DNA from: an uncultured delta proteobacterium
GTDB taxonomy: Bacteria > Desulfobacterota > Binatia > UBA9968
Assembly (NCBI GenBank): GCA_963745035.1
Contig: CAVUVW010000014.1
Span: forward strand, 608,001 to 672,000
Direction of reading: 5' to 3'
DNA length: 64,000 bases
The notes under the pieces were generated by a model that saw nothing but the letters and a program-made list of their open reading frames with translations, made no database searches and was not told the DNA's origin. Numbering within the stretch: position 1 is the first letter of the stretch; each line of letters starts with the position of its first letter. The translations under genes and the position numbers were made by a program. Of this stretch, positions 40,676 to 51,024 are shown in pieces.

Positions 40676-40870
40676 AATTCTGGCTCGATCATTAGACTGT
40701 CTGAAAGCGTTGAGCATAGAAGTGTCAACTTGCCTGCGTCTACTCTTCTGCAGCGCGCGGCTTAACTTTATTGGATGGCAGACAAACCATTTCGCCACCT
40801 GAAAGGAAGATAATCTCCCGGGCAGTATTGGGGTCCACCAGCGTTCTACCAAAACCGGTGAGCCTGTGTG

Positions 40871-40890
40871 TATTGGCCTTTGGTCCAATG
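40871..40890 (-). promoter_or_regulatory. Palindromic operator, copy 3 (one core mismatch)
   Basis: Minus strand CATTGGAC-CAAA-GGCCAATA; TG-G-TAGAAC with the hexamer 22 nt downstream. Confidence 0.75.
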
Positions 40891-40996
40891 GTCTTTTATC
40901 CATCGCGCCTTTCGCTCCATACGTCGATTCTTGTCGAAAGACTCCGAGAACATTTTGAAGCCGGCTAATGTGATATTTCCTTTTCGCTGGACATCT

Positions 40997-41644
40997 TTAC
41001 GGAGTTCTTAATGCCTTGCCACTAACGCTCTCATGCAAATCTACGTTGCTATTGAGAGCAGTCTCGGTTTCCATCGCTGCCACAAGTTCTTTCGAACCTG
41101 AGCCCCAGCGGGAGACAGAACTGAGCGCCTGGGTGAAGGGAATGTTTAGAGGGTGCACGCGTTCGCGGGTGAGAATGTAGACCGCTCCAGCGAAGGGCGT
41201 CGGCACTGAGGGCACAAAAACCGTGAAGCGCCCGTCCTCTAGTTCTTCGATAATAAACGCGGGGACGAGGGCCTCCTCAATCTCGACTAGCGCCGGCTTC
41301 CACGCGGTCTCCTCGTTCTCGCCCGCCAGGCGTTGAGTCAAACTCCGAAAAAGCGCATAACCCGGCATTCTTTCAAAAAAAGCTTTCTCGATTCGCTCCC
41401 GCATCGCTCGCCCTGCGCGCGTACGGACGGCAATGCCAATGAGACAACAGAGAATCACGACGAGGAGAAGAGAGAGAAGGCGCTCAGCGGGGAGCCACTC
41501 CGGGAGCAACATGGCGAATGGCCGCACAAAGCCGACTACCGATTGCATCGCCTTGAGTAGCAGCAGAATCGTGAGATAAAGGGGCACGACGACGAGCAAG
41601 CCGGTAACAAACGCGCTCACAACGAATTCACCGTACTTTTTCAT
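40997..41644 (-). CDS. DUF502-family membrane protein
   Basis: FVTGLLVVVPLYLT and VFVPSVPTPFAG motifs. Confidence 0.85.
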   Translation of the reverse strand: MKKYGEFVVSAFVTGLLVVVPLYLTILLLLKAMQSVVGFVRPFAMLLPEWLPAERLLSLLLVVILCCLIGIAVRTRAGRAMRERIEKAFFERMPGYALFRSLTQRLAGENEETAWKPALVEIEEALVPAFIIEELEDGRFTVFVPSVPTPFAGAVYILTRERVHPLNIPFTQALSSVSRWGSGSKELVAAMETETALNSNVDLHESVSGKALRTP

Positions 41645-41736
41645 AGCCGGCCTTTCTCGGTATGGAGATCAGCGATCAGAAACAAAATATCCGAGTTGAT
41701 GACTCGCCTTACTCTCATAATCCCGCCACGGCTCCT

Positions 41737-43287
41737 CTATAATTGGTCCTCAATCGGCAGCATGCCGATGACGCCGATGAGAACCCTGTACAAGAAACCT
41801 GTTTCCGGATCTCTGTCGTACTCTACTTTTTCCTCGTTGTTCTCAGCGCTCCACACCAGATTATCGTCCTTGTCGAGCGTGACGCGAAAGGCGCTGCCGG
41901 GGGAGATCACTTCATCCATCAACTCTCCCACCCGGCCGGCAATCTCCGGACTGTCGATCATCACACCGATCTCGGTGTTGAGGACCGCCGATCGAGGATC
42001 GAGATTGAAACTGCCGATGAACACGGACTTGCGGTCGAACACCAGGGACTTGGCATGCAACGCAGCTCGCGATTTACCCGCCAACACCGACCAGATCCGT
42101 GGGATATCGGTATCCGCACGCAGCTCGTAGAGCTCGACGCCGGCATTGAGCAGTTTCTTGCGCGTATTGACATAGCCCGCAAGCGCAGGGATCACGTCAT
42201 GAGAGGCCGCGGAATTGGTCAACACGCGCACCTTGACACCGCGCGCCGTGAGTTGTCGCACCCTTTCGATCGTCGGGTCGCCCAGCACGAAATACGGCGA
42301 CTCGATCAACAGTTCGCGCTCCACCTCATTGGCCCGTTGGCGCAGTGCCGTAGTGATGACGGCGTCCGCATCGGCGGTAACCCTGGAGGGATTCTCGACG
42401 AAAACTTTGCCCGGGGCCCAGGTGAATGTGTCCCGGATCTCGACCAGACGCGAGCGAAGGTCGGCGAAATGTTCGTCGATGGGATAGGGATAGCCGGTGG
42501 CAGTGAGTTTTTCCTCTAATCGTTTCCTGAAGCCCTGCAAATGCCGTTCGGTCGCGCGCTCTTCCACGACCGCAGCGACGGGTAGTGCCCACTCGCTGTT
42601 CCAGAACCGATCGAAGCTCGCCGATAACTCGTTGACGATCGGACCGGCGCTCATAACATCGAGATCCACATAGTTATGGTCCTTGAGCACGCCAAAATAG
42701 ACGTCTGCGATGTTGCGTCCGCCGACAATTCCCACGGCGTTGTCCATGACGAACAGCTTGTTGTGCATCCGGTGGTTGACGCGGCCAAATTCGGCCAAGA
42801 AGCTCATGATGCGCCAACGCCGGTTCCTGACCGGGTTGAAGAAACGAATCTCGATGTTGGGATGGGCGTCGAGCGCCGCAATGTTGGCGTCTCTGGTTTC
42901 CGACATATAATGGTCGTCGATCAACAAGCGCACACGCACGCCGCGGTCCGCGGCACGCAGCAGCCGGTCGGCCAAGATCAGGCCGGTGGTATCGCCATCC
43001 CAGATGTAGTACTGCCCATCGAGCGTCTTTTCGGCTAAGTCGGCCATCGCCAGCCGAGCCATAAACGCCGGACCGCCTTGCCGAATAACAGCGAAGCCGG
43101 ATAACCCCGGATGTTTGTCGGCCGCTTCCTGAAACAGCGCGCCGACGCTAGTGGCTTGCGGATATGCGAAGGTATTTGACGGCGTGCGCGGATAATCCCA
43201 GATTATCGTCGGACTGCACGCGCTCGCAAGCAAGGCAACTGCGAGAATCAGGAACGTGCTTTTGGACAAGTAACATTGAGTAAACAT
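41737..43287 (-). CDS. Phospholipase D family lipoprotein (ClsC/YmdC-like)
   Basis: Two HKD motifs (HNKLFVMD, HAKSLVFD), GGRNI, GSFNLDPRS; ASAC lipobox. Confidence 0.92.
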   Translation of the reverse strand: MFTQCYLSKSTFLILAVALLASACSPTIIWDYPRTPSNTFAYPQATSVGALFQEAADKHPGLSGFAVIRQGGPAFMARLAMADLAEKTLDGQYYIWDGDTTGLILADRLLRAADRGVRVRLLIDDHYMSETRDANIAALDAHPNIEIRFFNPVRNRRWRIMSFLAEFGRVNHRMHNKLFVMDNAVGIVGGRNIADVYFGVLKDHNYVDLDVMSAGPIVNELSASFDRFWNSEWALPVAAVVEERATERHLQGFRKRLEEKLTATGYPYPIDEHFADLRSRLVEIRDTFTWAPGKVFVENPSRVTADADAVITTALRQRANEVERELLIESPYFVLGDPTIERVRQLTARGVKVRVLTNSAASHDVIPALAGYVNTRKKLLNAGVELYELRADTDIPRIWSVLAGKSRAALHAKSLVFDRKSVFIGSFNLDPRSAVLNTEIGVMIDSPEIAGRVGELMDEVISPGSAFRVTLDKDDNLVWSAENNEEKVEYDRDPETGFLYRVLIGVIGMLPIEDQL

Positions 43288-43361
43288 GTTTCACTCTCCT
43301 GGTAAGACACACGCCCCAACAGATGGGGCACCAGTAATTTAGCAGGGAGTAAATACAGAGC

Positions 43362-43381
43362 TATTGGACTTTGGTCCAATA
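43362..43381 (-). promoter_or_regulatory. Palindromic operator, copy 4 (faces the PLD gene)
   Basis: Minus strand TATTGGAC-CAAA-GTCCAATA; TG-C-TAAATT with the hexamer 20 nt downstream. Confidence 0.85.
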
Positions 43382-43389
43382 CGGCGGCT

Positions 43390-43409
43390 TGTTGGACCAA
43401 AGTCCAATA
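43390..43409 (+). promoter_or_regulatory. Palindromic operator, copy 5 (faces the glucosidase gene)
   Basis: TGTTGGAC-CAAA-GTCCAATA; TG-A-TAGGCC with the hexamer 21 nt downstream. Confidence 0.85.
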
Positions 43410-43615
43410 GAGCGGAAGTCACCCCGCTGATAGGCCGTATCTGGACCTAGTGATGCTTCGATTGACTGCAACGGAGGCGGAGCTGGTCGGAAAGAACTGT
43501 GCCCTACACGTGCAGCGGCAAAAACAATTCGCAAACCGGCTTCAAACCCTAGCACCAAATCCAAGTCACGATGAAGTCGCGAATCTCAGCGCAGGGTAAG
43601 CTACAGGAGGTAGAA

Positions 43616-46372
43616 ATGGTCACTAACATCGTCGATGTCACCGAGCAGAAGCGGCTCAACGAGGCACGTGAGGTGGGAATCCCGTGGAAGAAATGGGGGC
43701 CCTATCTCAGTGAACGCCAGTGGGGGACCGTGCGCGAGGACTACAGCCAGGACGGCAACGCTTGGGACTATTTTTCCCATGACCAGGCGCGCTCACGGGC
43801 TTACAGGTGGGGTGAAGACGGGCTTGGCGGACTGTCTGATGACAAGCAACGGTTGTGCTTTGCGCTGGCGCTGTGGAACGAGCGCGACCCAATTTTGAAA
43901 GAACGCCTATTCGGACTCACCAACAGCGAGGCGAACCATGGCGAGGACGTCAAGGAGTACTACTTTTATCTCGACAGCACGCCGACGCACTCGTACATGA
44001 AGTACCTCTACAAGTACCCGCAGCGGGAGTATCCCTATCGGGATCTTATCGAGACCAACCGGAGGCGCTCGCGGGAAGATTTTGAGTACGAGCTGCTTGA
44101 TACCGGCATCTTTGACGACGATCGGTATTTTGACGTGTTTGTGGAGTACGCCAAGGAAGGGCCGGAAGACATTCTTATCCGGATCAGCGTCCACAATCGG
44201 GGGCCCGAAGCGGCCCGGCTGCGTGTTTTGCCGACGCTGTGGTTCCGCAACACTTGGTCTTGGGGCGATGACGATCGCAAGCCTGCGCTGCGCAAAGCGG
44301 GACCTGCCGCTATTCAGACTTCCCACGATGAACTCGGTGAGTATCGGCTTTATTGTGACGGCGAGCCGGAGTTGCTCTTCACCGAAAACGAGAGCAATGC
44401 GCACCGTCTGTCGGGTCAACCGAACGGCTCTCCCTACGTCAAGGACGCATTCCACCAATACGTCATCTCGGGACGCAGCGACGCGGTGAATCCGGCCAAG
44501 ACGGGAACCAAGGCTGCGGCCCACTATGTTCTCGAGGTGCCCGGCGGCGGCGACAAGACCGTTCGCCTGCGTTTGGCCGCCGGCGAGACAAAAGATCCGT
44601 TTAGCGGTTTCGAGAAAATATTCACAAGCCGCATCGCCGACGCCGACGAATTTTACGAGCGGGTTACGCCGACGTCGCTGAACGAAGATCAGCGCCGAGT
44701 GCATCGCCAGGCGCTGGCGGGAATGCTGTGGAGCAAGCAGTTCTACTACTTCGACCTGGAACAGTGGCTGCGTGAGCACAAAAGTCATCCGCTGCTGGAG
44801 TCTGCCCGTAACAACGTGCGCAATACCGAGTGGTTCCACATGCTCAATGCCGACGTGATCTCGATGCCGGACAAGTGGGAGTATCCGTGGTATGCGGCCT
44901 GGGATCTGGCTTTTCATACGATTGCCCTGTCTCAGGTGGATTTTGATTTCGCCAAAGAGCAGTTGCTGCTTATGCTGCGCAGCCTGTACTTCCACCCGAG
45001 CGGGCAGATTCCGGCCTACGAGTGGAACTTCAGCGACGTCAATCCGCCGGTGCACGCCTGGGCTACGCTCTGGCTATACAGCTACGAGCGGCAGCTGGGC
45101 CGGGCCGACCTGCGGTTTCTGGAACGTTCGTTTCAGGGCTTGATGCTGAACTTCAACTGGTGGGTCAATCGTAAGGATCCTGCGGGACGTAACGTCTTCG
45201 CGGGAGGATTTCTGGGACTGGACAACATCGGCGTCTTCGACCGCAGCGCGCAGCTCCCCACGGGCGGCTCGCTGGAGCAGGCGGACGGCACCGCCTGGAT
45301 GGCGTTTTACTGCCAGAACATGTTGGAGATGGCGCTGATACTTTGCGAATACGACCCGATGTACGAAGAGATCGCCTTCAAGTTCCTCCAGCATTTCATG
45401 TGGATCGCCTATGCGATGGACCGGGTCGGTGAGCATCACGACGAGATGTGGGATGAGCAGGATGGCTTTTTCTATGATCTGCTGCGGTTGCCGGACGGGC
45501 AGGCGATGCGTTTAAAAGTAAGGTCGCTGGTCGGGCTGTTGCCGCTGTGCGCGTCGACGGTGATCGAGGCGAGCGATGCGACTCGATTTCCAAAACTTAC
45601 GGAAATGATCGCGCTGTTCCGCAAACGCCATCCCGAGTTGATTTCCCAGGTTGCCCCAACCGACGCCGGGTTTATCGGCTATAAAGAACGCCGGCTGTTA
45701 TCGATCTTCAACAAGAAAAAACTCGAGCGTGTGCTTGCTTACATGCTCGATGAGAACGAGTTTCTCGGGCCCCACGGCATACGCTCGGTGTCGCGCTATC
45801 ACCTGGAGCATCCGTTTGTGTTTCATGTCGGCGGTCAGGAATACAAAGTCCAGTACCTGCCGGCCGAATCGAATACCGGGATGTTCGGCGGCAACTCCAA
45901 CTGGCGCGGTCCGGTATGGATGCCGGTCAATGGGCTGATCGTCCGGGCGTTGTTAAACCTGTACACCTTCTACGGCGACGAATTCAAAGTTCAATGCCCG
46001 ACGGGTTCCGGGCGCTACATGACGTTGTTCGAGGTGGCCCAAGAAATCTCCCGCCGGCTGACCAGCACATTTCTCCGTGATAAGAACGGACAACGGCCGG
46101 TGTACGGCGGTACAGCCAAGTTCCAGGAAGATCCGTACTGGCGCGATCTGATTTTATTTTTCGAGTACTTCCACGGCGACAATGGCGCAGGGCTGGGCGC
46201 GAGCCACCAGACGGGATGGACGGGTCTGGTGGCGCCCCTGCTAGATTTGTTTGGGCGTCTCGATGCTAAGACCGTGCTTGAGACCGAACGCGGGCACGTG
46301 TTCGCCCGGGTCGTAAGGGAGCAGGTGGGCGGAGAAAAAACGGACGGGAAGGAAGCAGGGGCAATGCGCTAA
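43616..46372 (+). CDS. GH63-like (MGH1-like) glycoside hydrolase
   Basis: WGPYLSERQWGTVREDYS, SMPDKWEYPWYAAWDLAFH, NSNWRGPVW, GASHQTGWT; AGGAGG RBS before 43616. Confidence 0.88.
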   Translation: MVTNIVDVTEQKRLNEAREVGIPWKKWGPYLSERQWGTVREDYSQDGNAWDYFSHDQARSRAYRWGEDGLGGLSDDKQRLCFALALWNERDPILKERLFGLTNSEANHGEDVKEYYFYLDSTPTHSYMKYLYKYPQREYPYRDLIETNRRRSREDFEYELLDTGIFDDDRYFDVFVEYAKEGPEDILIRISVHNRGPEAARLRVLPTLWFRNTWSWGDDDRKPALRKAGPAAIQTSHDELGEYRLYCDGEPELLFTENESNAHRLSGQPNGSPYVKDAFHQYVISGRSDAVNPAKTGTKAAAHYVLEVPGGGDKTVRLRLAAGETKDPFSGFEKIFTSRIADADEFYERVTPTSLNEDQRRVHRQALAGMLWSKQFYYFDLEQWLREHKSHPLLESARNNVRNTEWFHMLNADVISMPDKWEYPWYAAWDLAFHTIALSQVDFDFAKEQLLLMLRSLYFHPSGQIPAYEWNFSDVNPPVHAWATLWLYSYERQLGRADLRFLERSFQGLMLNFNWWVNRKDPAGRNVFAGGFLGLDNIGVFDRSAQLPTGGSLEQADGTAWMAFYCQNMLEMALILCEYDPMYEEIAFKFLQHFMWIAYAMDRVGEHHDEMWDEQDGFFYDLLRLPDGQAMRLKVRSLVGLLPLCASTVIEASDATRFPKLTEMIALFRKRHPELISQVAPTDAGFIGYKERRLLSIFNKKKLERVLAYMLDENEFLGPHGIRSVSRYHLEHPFVFHVGGQEYKVQYLPAESNTGMFGGNSNWRGPVWMPVNGLIVRALLNLYTFYGDEFKVQCPTGSGRYMTLFEVAQEISRRLTSTFLRDKNGQRPVYGGTAKFQEDPYWRDLILFFEYFHGDNGAGLGASHQTGWTGLVAPLLDLFGRLDAKTVLETERGHVFARVVREQVGGEKTDGKEAGAMR

Positions 46373-46506
46373 CTTGTGAAATGCTGCCCTATTTCAGAGT
46401 AACATCCATGCTTATCGTGCGAATCTATTTGCACGCTCGCGTCCAGGCAAGCTGAGAAAGAGCGACTTTAGAAGTTGCCGGCGTGAATATGAATTACTCC
46501 AACGGA

Positions 46507-46873
46507 ATGAGGCCCAGTGTTCTTCTCTTGCTGAGCGTTCTTACACTTTATGGCTGTGAGGACCTGATTATACGCGACACGTCGAGCCTGCTCATCCCCA
46601 GGTTTCACCGGTCTGAGATCCTTGGCTTTGTGGCAGGATTTGGAACGACCTTTGCCGGCCGTACCAGACTTACTCGAAATGCTCAGGCGGCGGTCAAGCG
46701 CGGGGATGAACCCGAGGATGGCGGGTATCATCGGCGTCTTTCAAATCGCCTGGGTCTACTACGGTTTGTTGATTGCTTCGCGGCCGGTGATCGTCTGGAA
46801 CGTGATCGGGGTAGTGATCAATTTCGTCAACGTCGGCGCGTACCTATATTTCGTCCGCAACGCAAGGCAGTGA
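46507..46873 (+). CDS. SemiSWEET/PQ-loop sugar transporter with an N-terminal extension (frameshift near 46659)
   Basis: GFVAGFGTTFA / AVPDL...RRRSSAGMN...WVYYGLL...PVIVWN. Confidence 0.7.
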
Positions 46874-47428
46874 GCACTGGAGTGATCGCGCCGACGGGCC
46901 GAGCGATGGAAGTTATTCTCAGATCGCGCAAGACATCAAGAACGTGGCAGGGAAGGAGGATATTGATACTGAACTGATGCAGCTGGTTCTGGCCATCTTG
47001 AACTCGGCTGAAAATCTCAGGACCAACGGTCATCCCAAATGGAAGACCTCCATCATTCAAACCTATTTTCTCTACCGCGGTTATGAGCCGACCAATCAGG
47101 TGATTGAGACTTTCAATTTTCTCGACAGCCGGGGATACAAAATAACAAGGAAGTAAAAGCGTGCATGGATTTTCGCAGCGACCTTGCAATAAATTCGAAG
47201 TCGGCCCTTAAGAGCGGGGATTCGTCCGTATTACTTTCGTCTACAAATCTGTTCGCCGGAGCGCTGCAGGTCGCCCGCTTCTCGTCGTATAGAGGCCCGA
47301 AGGTTCAACGTGCCGAAATGTAATTGCCGCGCTGCGCTGCCCCCATCGGAGGGCAGCAAAGTCCAGGCGTGAAAGCTGGACGAGGAATCTGCGGTGAAAG
47401 ACTGCTATGAAGAAATGAAACGCAGATC

Positions 47429-48910
47429 ATGACGCAGCCTCACTATTGCTCGCTGTATCAAATCAACACACGTGTCTGGCTCACCGAATTGTCACAGAAG
47501 CTCGGGCGGCAAGCGACGCTGGATGACATTCCCGATGGCGAGCTGGACCGGATCGCCGAAATGGGTTTTGACTGGGTTTGGTTCCTGAGCGTTTGGCAGA
47601 CCGGCCCGGTTGCGCAGGCGATCTCGCGCGCGAACCCGGAATGGCGTCGCGATTTCGCCGAAACGCTGTCGGACCTTAAAGACGAGGACATCGCCGGTTC
47701 CGGGTTCGCCATCCAAAACTACACGGTGCATCGCGATCTCGGCGGTAATCCGGCACTGGCGCGTTTGCGCCAGCGGCTGCAAAAACGCGAACTGAAGGTG
47801 ATGCTCGACTTCGTGCCAAACCACATGGCGCCGGATCATCCATGGATCGACACGCATCCGGACTACTTTGTTCACGGCAGTGAGAGTGACTTGGCGCGAT
47901 CACCACGCAACTACTGCCGCGCGCAAACCAAAAACGGCTCGCTCGTGCTCGCCTACGGACGCGACCCCTACTTTGACGGCTGGCCCGATACGCTCCAGCT
48001 CAACTATGGCAATACGGCATTGCAGCAGGCGATGATCGGCGAACTGGAGAGGATCGCCGGTCAATGCGACGGCCTGCGCTGCGATATGGCGATGCTTGTC
48101 TTGCCGGAGGTGTTTGAACGAACCTGGGGTATCTCGTCGCAGCCATTCTGGCCCAGGGCCACCGACTCCGTGCGACGCAAGCACCCGAACTTTCAGTTCA
48201 TGGCCGAGGTCTACTGGGACCTGGAATGGACAATGCAGCAGCAGGGTTTCGATTACGCCTACGACAAACGGCTTTACGATCGGCTGCGCGAAGGTCATGC
48301 TCGGCCGGTGCGCGAGCATTTTCACGCCGGATTGGATTATCAAAACAAGCTGGCTCGATTCCTCGAAAACCACGACGAGCCACGGGCGGCTGCGACGTTT
48401 GCCCCAGAGATCCACCGAGCAGCGGCCGTGATCACGTTTCTCGCACCGGGGCTGCGGTTTTTTCATGAAGGCCAGTTCGAGGGCCGCAGGAAACGGATCT
48501 CGCCGCATCTGGTGCGCGCACCGGAGGAGCCGATCGATCAAGACGTCCATCAGTTTTACCAGCGTCTGCTTGCCGCACTGCGCGATCCCGCGGTGCGCAG
48601 CGGCGGCTGGCAATTGCTTGAATGCGCGCCAGCCTGGGAAGGGAACTGGACGTGGGATGGTTTTGTAGCCTTTGCCTGGCACGGACCCGGTGATGAGCGA
48701 TTGCTGGCGGTCGTGAATTATGCGCCGAATCAGAGCCAGTGCTACGCTCGACTGTGCTTTCCCGGGCTCCGTGGCCAGCAGTGGCGCTTTGAAGATTTGC
48801 TAGGTGACGCGCAGTACGAACGCGATGGGAACGACCTTGAGTCACGCGGGCTCTATCTCGATGTCGGCCCATGGTGCTATCACGTGTTTCGGCTTGAAAA
48901 ATTGTCGTGA
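47429..48910 (+). CDS. GH13 alpha-amylase-family glycosidase
   Basis: LDFVPNH, DGLRCDMAML, MAEVYW and FLENHDE conserved regions. Confidence 0.92.
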   Translation: MTQPHYCSLYQINTRVWLTELSQKLGRQATLDDIPDGELDRIAEMGFDWVWFLSVWQTGPVAQAISRANPEWRRDFAETLSDLKDEDIAGSGFAIQNYTVHRDLGGNPALARLRQRLQKRELKVMLDFVPNHMAPDHPWIDTHPDYFVHGSESDLARSPRNYCRAQTKNGSLVLAYGRDPYFDGWPDTLQLNYGNTALQQAMIGELERIAGQCDGLRCDMAMLVLPEVFERTWGISSQPFWPRATDSVRRKHPNFQFMAEVYWDLEWTMQQQGFDYAYDKRLYDRLREGHARPVREHFHAGLDYQNKLARFLENHDEPRAAATFAPEIHRAAAVITFLAPGLRFFHEGQFEGRRKRISPHLVRAPEEPIDQDVHQFYQRLLAALRDPAVRSGGWQLLECAPAWEGNWTWDGFVAFAWHGPGDERLLAVVNYAPNQSQCYARLCFPGLRGQQWRFEDLLGDAQYERDGNDLESRGLYLDVGPWCYHVFRLEKLS

Positions 48911-48985
48911 GGCGCAGTTTGAGAATTTATTTTAGCGCTCGCTTGTACCTTTTGACGCGCCGACGACCGTCCTGCTGGCGCGCGA

Positions 48986-49789
48986 ATGTCATGCAACGGG
49001 AGCTCTATGACTGTTCCGACACCTCGCCAGATTGCCAGGCAGTTTACCGCTCACTATCAGCCGATCGTTGACCTCAACACCGGCGCCGTCTCCGGCTTCG
49101 AAGCCCTCGCGCGGGTGGTCGGCTCCGATGGAGCCACTAAAACCGCCGGCGTGATCATCGAAAAAATCGAGCGCCGCCCCGATACTTTGAAGGCGTTGAT
49201 CCGCACGATTCTGGCTTGTATCCGGCGCGATATGGTTCCGCTGTTCGAACGACACGACCATTTTTACGTGAGTGTTAACATTCCTCCGGTGATCCTGGGC
49301 AGCGGGGAGGTATTGCGGCTCGTGGAAGAACTGAAACTAGCGCCGTACCTGAGTAGAATTGCCTGCGAGGTGACCGAGCGGCAAGCGTTGACTTCGGTCG
49401 GACGCTCGGCGCTGGAGCGCGCCCGCCGTTCGGGAATCAAAATCGCCATCGATGATTTCGGCACCGGTCACAGCGGCTTGATGCAAATTGCCGGCCTCGA
49501 TTTCGACGTGCTGAAAATCGATCATTCGCTAATCGCGTCGATATTGACCAATCAGACAGCGGCAAGAATGCTGCGCGGCATAGTCGCGCTCGCCGCCGCG
49601 CTGCGTCTTCATACCGTGGCTGAAGGGGTGGAGACTTGGGAGGAAGCCTTTTTTCTGCGCGCCGCCGGTGTCGACGGCGGCCAAGGCTGGTTTTGGAGTA
49701 AAGCGGTGGCGGCTACGCAAGCGGCGCAGATGTTGGAGCACGGTTTTTTCTCTGCAGCGGATTCCCGAGCCGCCGCAGCAAAACACTGA
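48986..49789 (+). CDS. Stand-alone EAL-domain protein (putative c-di-GMP phosphodiesterase)
   Basis: YQPIV, FEALAR, SVNI, EVTE, DDFGTGHS, LKID, AEGVE, QGW. Confidence 0.9.
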   Translation: MSCNGSSMTVPTPRQIARQFTAHYQPIVDLNTGAVSGFEALARVVGSDGATKTAGVIIEKIERRPDTLKALIRTILACIRRDMVPLFERHDHFYVSVNIPPVILGSGEVLRLVEELKLAPYLSRIACEVTERQALTSVGRSALERARRSGIKIAIDDFGTGHSGLMQIAGLDFDVLKIDHSLIASILTNQTAARMLRGIVALAAALRLHTVAEGVETWEEAFFLRAAGVDGGQGWFWSKAVAATQAAQMLEHGFFSAADSRAAAAKH

Positions 49790-49799
49790 AAGGATTGGC

Positions 49800-50639
49800 A
49801 TGGCAGAACAAGCGACATTGGTCGCGCCTTTCGTCCGGTCGGTTTTTCATCCATCGGATTTTTCCAAGGCGAGTGAGTTAGCCTTCGCCCACGCCCTCGC
49901 CATCGCGCTCATCCGGAGAACGCAGTTAGTAATCATGCACGCGGGGCGCGGCACTATTGGCGACTGGGCTCGCTTTCCACCGGTCCGAGAAACTCTCGAG
50001 CATTGGCAGGTGCTTGCTCCGGGAAGTCCCCGCTCGGCGGTGTTTGAAAAGCTTGCGATAAGCGTCACGAAAGTGAATGCGCGCGGTGATCCGGTTCGAG
50101 CGAGCATCGATCAAATCAAGCAACAAAGGCCGGACCTGGTCGTACTCGCAACGCGCGGACGGCATGGTTTGCCGCTTTGGCTCAAGCCATCGGTAGCTCA
50201 GGCGATCGCCCGCCGGACCGAGGCAATGACGCTTTTTGTGCCGCGCGGCTGCCGCGGCATCGTGTCGGTGGACGGCGTCATTTGCCTGCGCCGCATCCTA
50301 TTGCCCGTCGATCACCAGCCAGATGCGCAGGAGGCCGTGATTCGCGCGGTCCGTGCCGCCGAGGCGTTCGGCGACGAGCCTGTAGAGCTCGTCCTGCTTC
50401 ACGTGAATGGCAGCGCAGTACCGCAACTCAGTCGGCCGCGAAGTCGGGCATGTGTCTGGAAGGAAGTACGGCGCCAGGGGGACGTCGTGCAGGCAATCCT
50501 CGATACTGCACAGGAAGCCGACCTGATTGTCATGGCCACCGACGGTCGGCAAGGATTTGTCGATGCGTTGCGGGGTAGTGTCACCGAGCGTGTTGTTCGT
50601 GCAGCACCCTGTCCGGTTTTGGCAGTACCGGCTGGATAA
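49800..50639 (+). CDS. Tandem universal stress protein
   Basis: PSDFS, DLVVLATRGRHG, DLIVMATDGR and GSVTERVVRAAPCPVL. Confidence 0.9.
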   Translation: MAEQATLVAPFVRSVFHPSDFSKASELAFAHALAIALIRRTQLVIMHAGRGTIGDWARFPPVRETLEHWQVLAPGSPRSAVFEKLAISVTKVNARGDPVRASIDQIKQQRPDLVVLATRGRHGLPLWLKPSVAQAIARRTEAMTLFVPRGCRGIVSVDGVICLRRILLPVDHQPDAQEAVIRAVRAAEAFGDEPVELVLLHVNGSAVPQLSRPRSRACVWKEVRRQGDVVQAILDTAQEADLIVMATDGRQGFVDALRGSVTERVVRAAPCPVLAVPAG

Positions 50640-50753
50640 GAAAATTTTCTGCGCTCTTTTTACTCACGCCGTTAGAAGCACCTCGTTTCGAAAGCTTTCG
50701 ATCCTGTCATTCAAGTTTCGCTGGCATCGAAAACCAGCGCGCAGGGAGCTTCC

Positions 50754-50773
50754 TATTGGACTAAGGTCTAATA
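50754..50773 (+). promoter_or_regulatory. Palindromic operator, copy 6 (one core mismatch)
   Basis: TATTGGAC-TAAG-GTCTAATA; TATTCT 22 nt downstream. Confidence 0.8.
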
Positions 50774-51024
50774 GATGGATCTCCGAGCCGTCCGGTATTC
50801 TTCCGTACCGATACAATCGCTAAAAGGTTTCGAGCTCACGTGTTTGGGGACGTAAAGGTGTTCTATACGTGCTGGTGTACAGCGGTGATCTGGACTGCGG
50901 AAATTGCTGGGCATCTTTCTAACGATGAACGCGTGCCAAGCCAAGATTGAGCGAAAGACACGCGCGAGGCTGTGATCCCTAAAGCCCATCACTTAGCGGG
51001 CAAACTGCGAGTTCGATCCGGGGA

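Noticed and set aside
43907-45055. Long antisense or alternate-frame ORFs (also 9688-10584, 31944-32843, 36488-37498)
   Set aside because: They shadow well-supported genes, as is common in GC-rich DNA, and show no motifs.
46944-47156. 70-aa ORF after the SemiSWEET gene
   Set aside because: Short, no family signal and uncertain start; cannot be supported from sequence alone.
47336-47400. c-di-GMP-I (GEMM) riboswitch
   Set aside because: It lacks the GGCAAAC...GAAA...GACGCAAAGC pattern; kept only as an unassigned hairpin pair.
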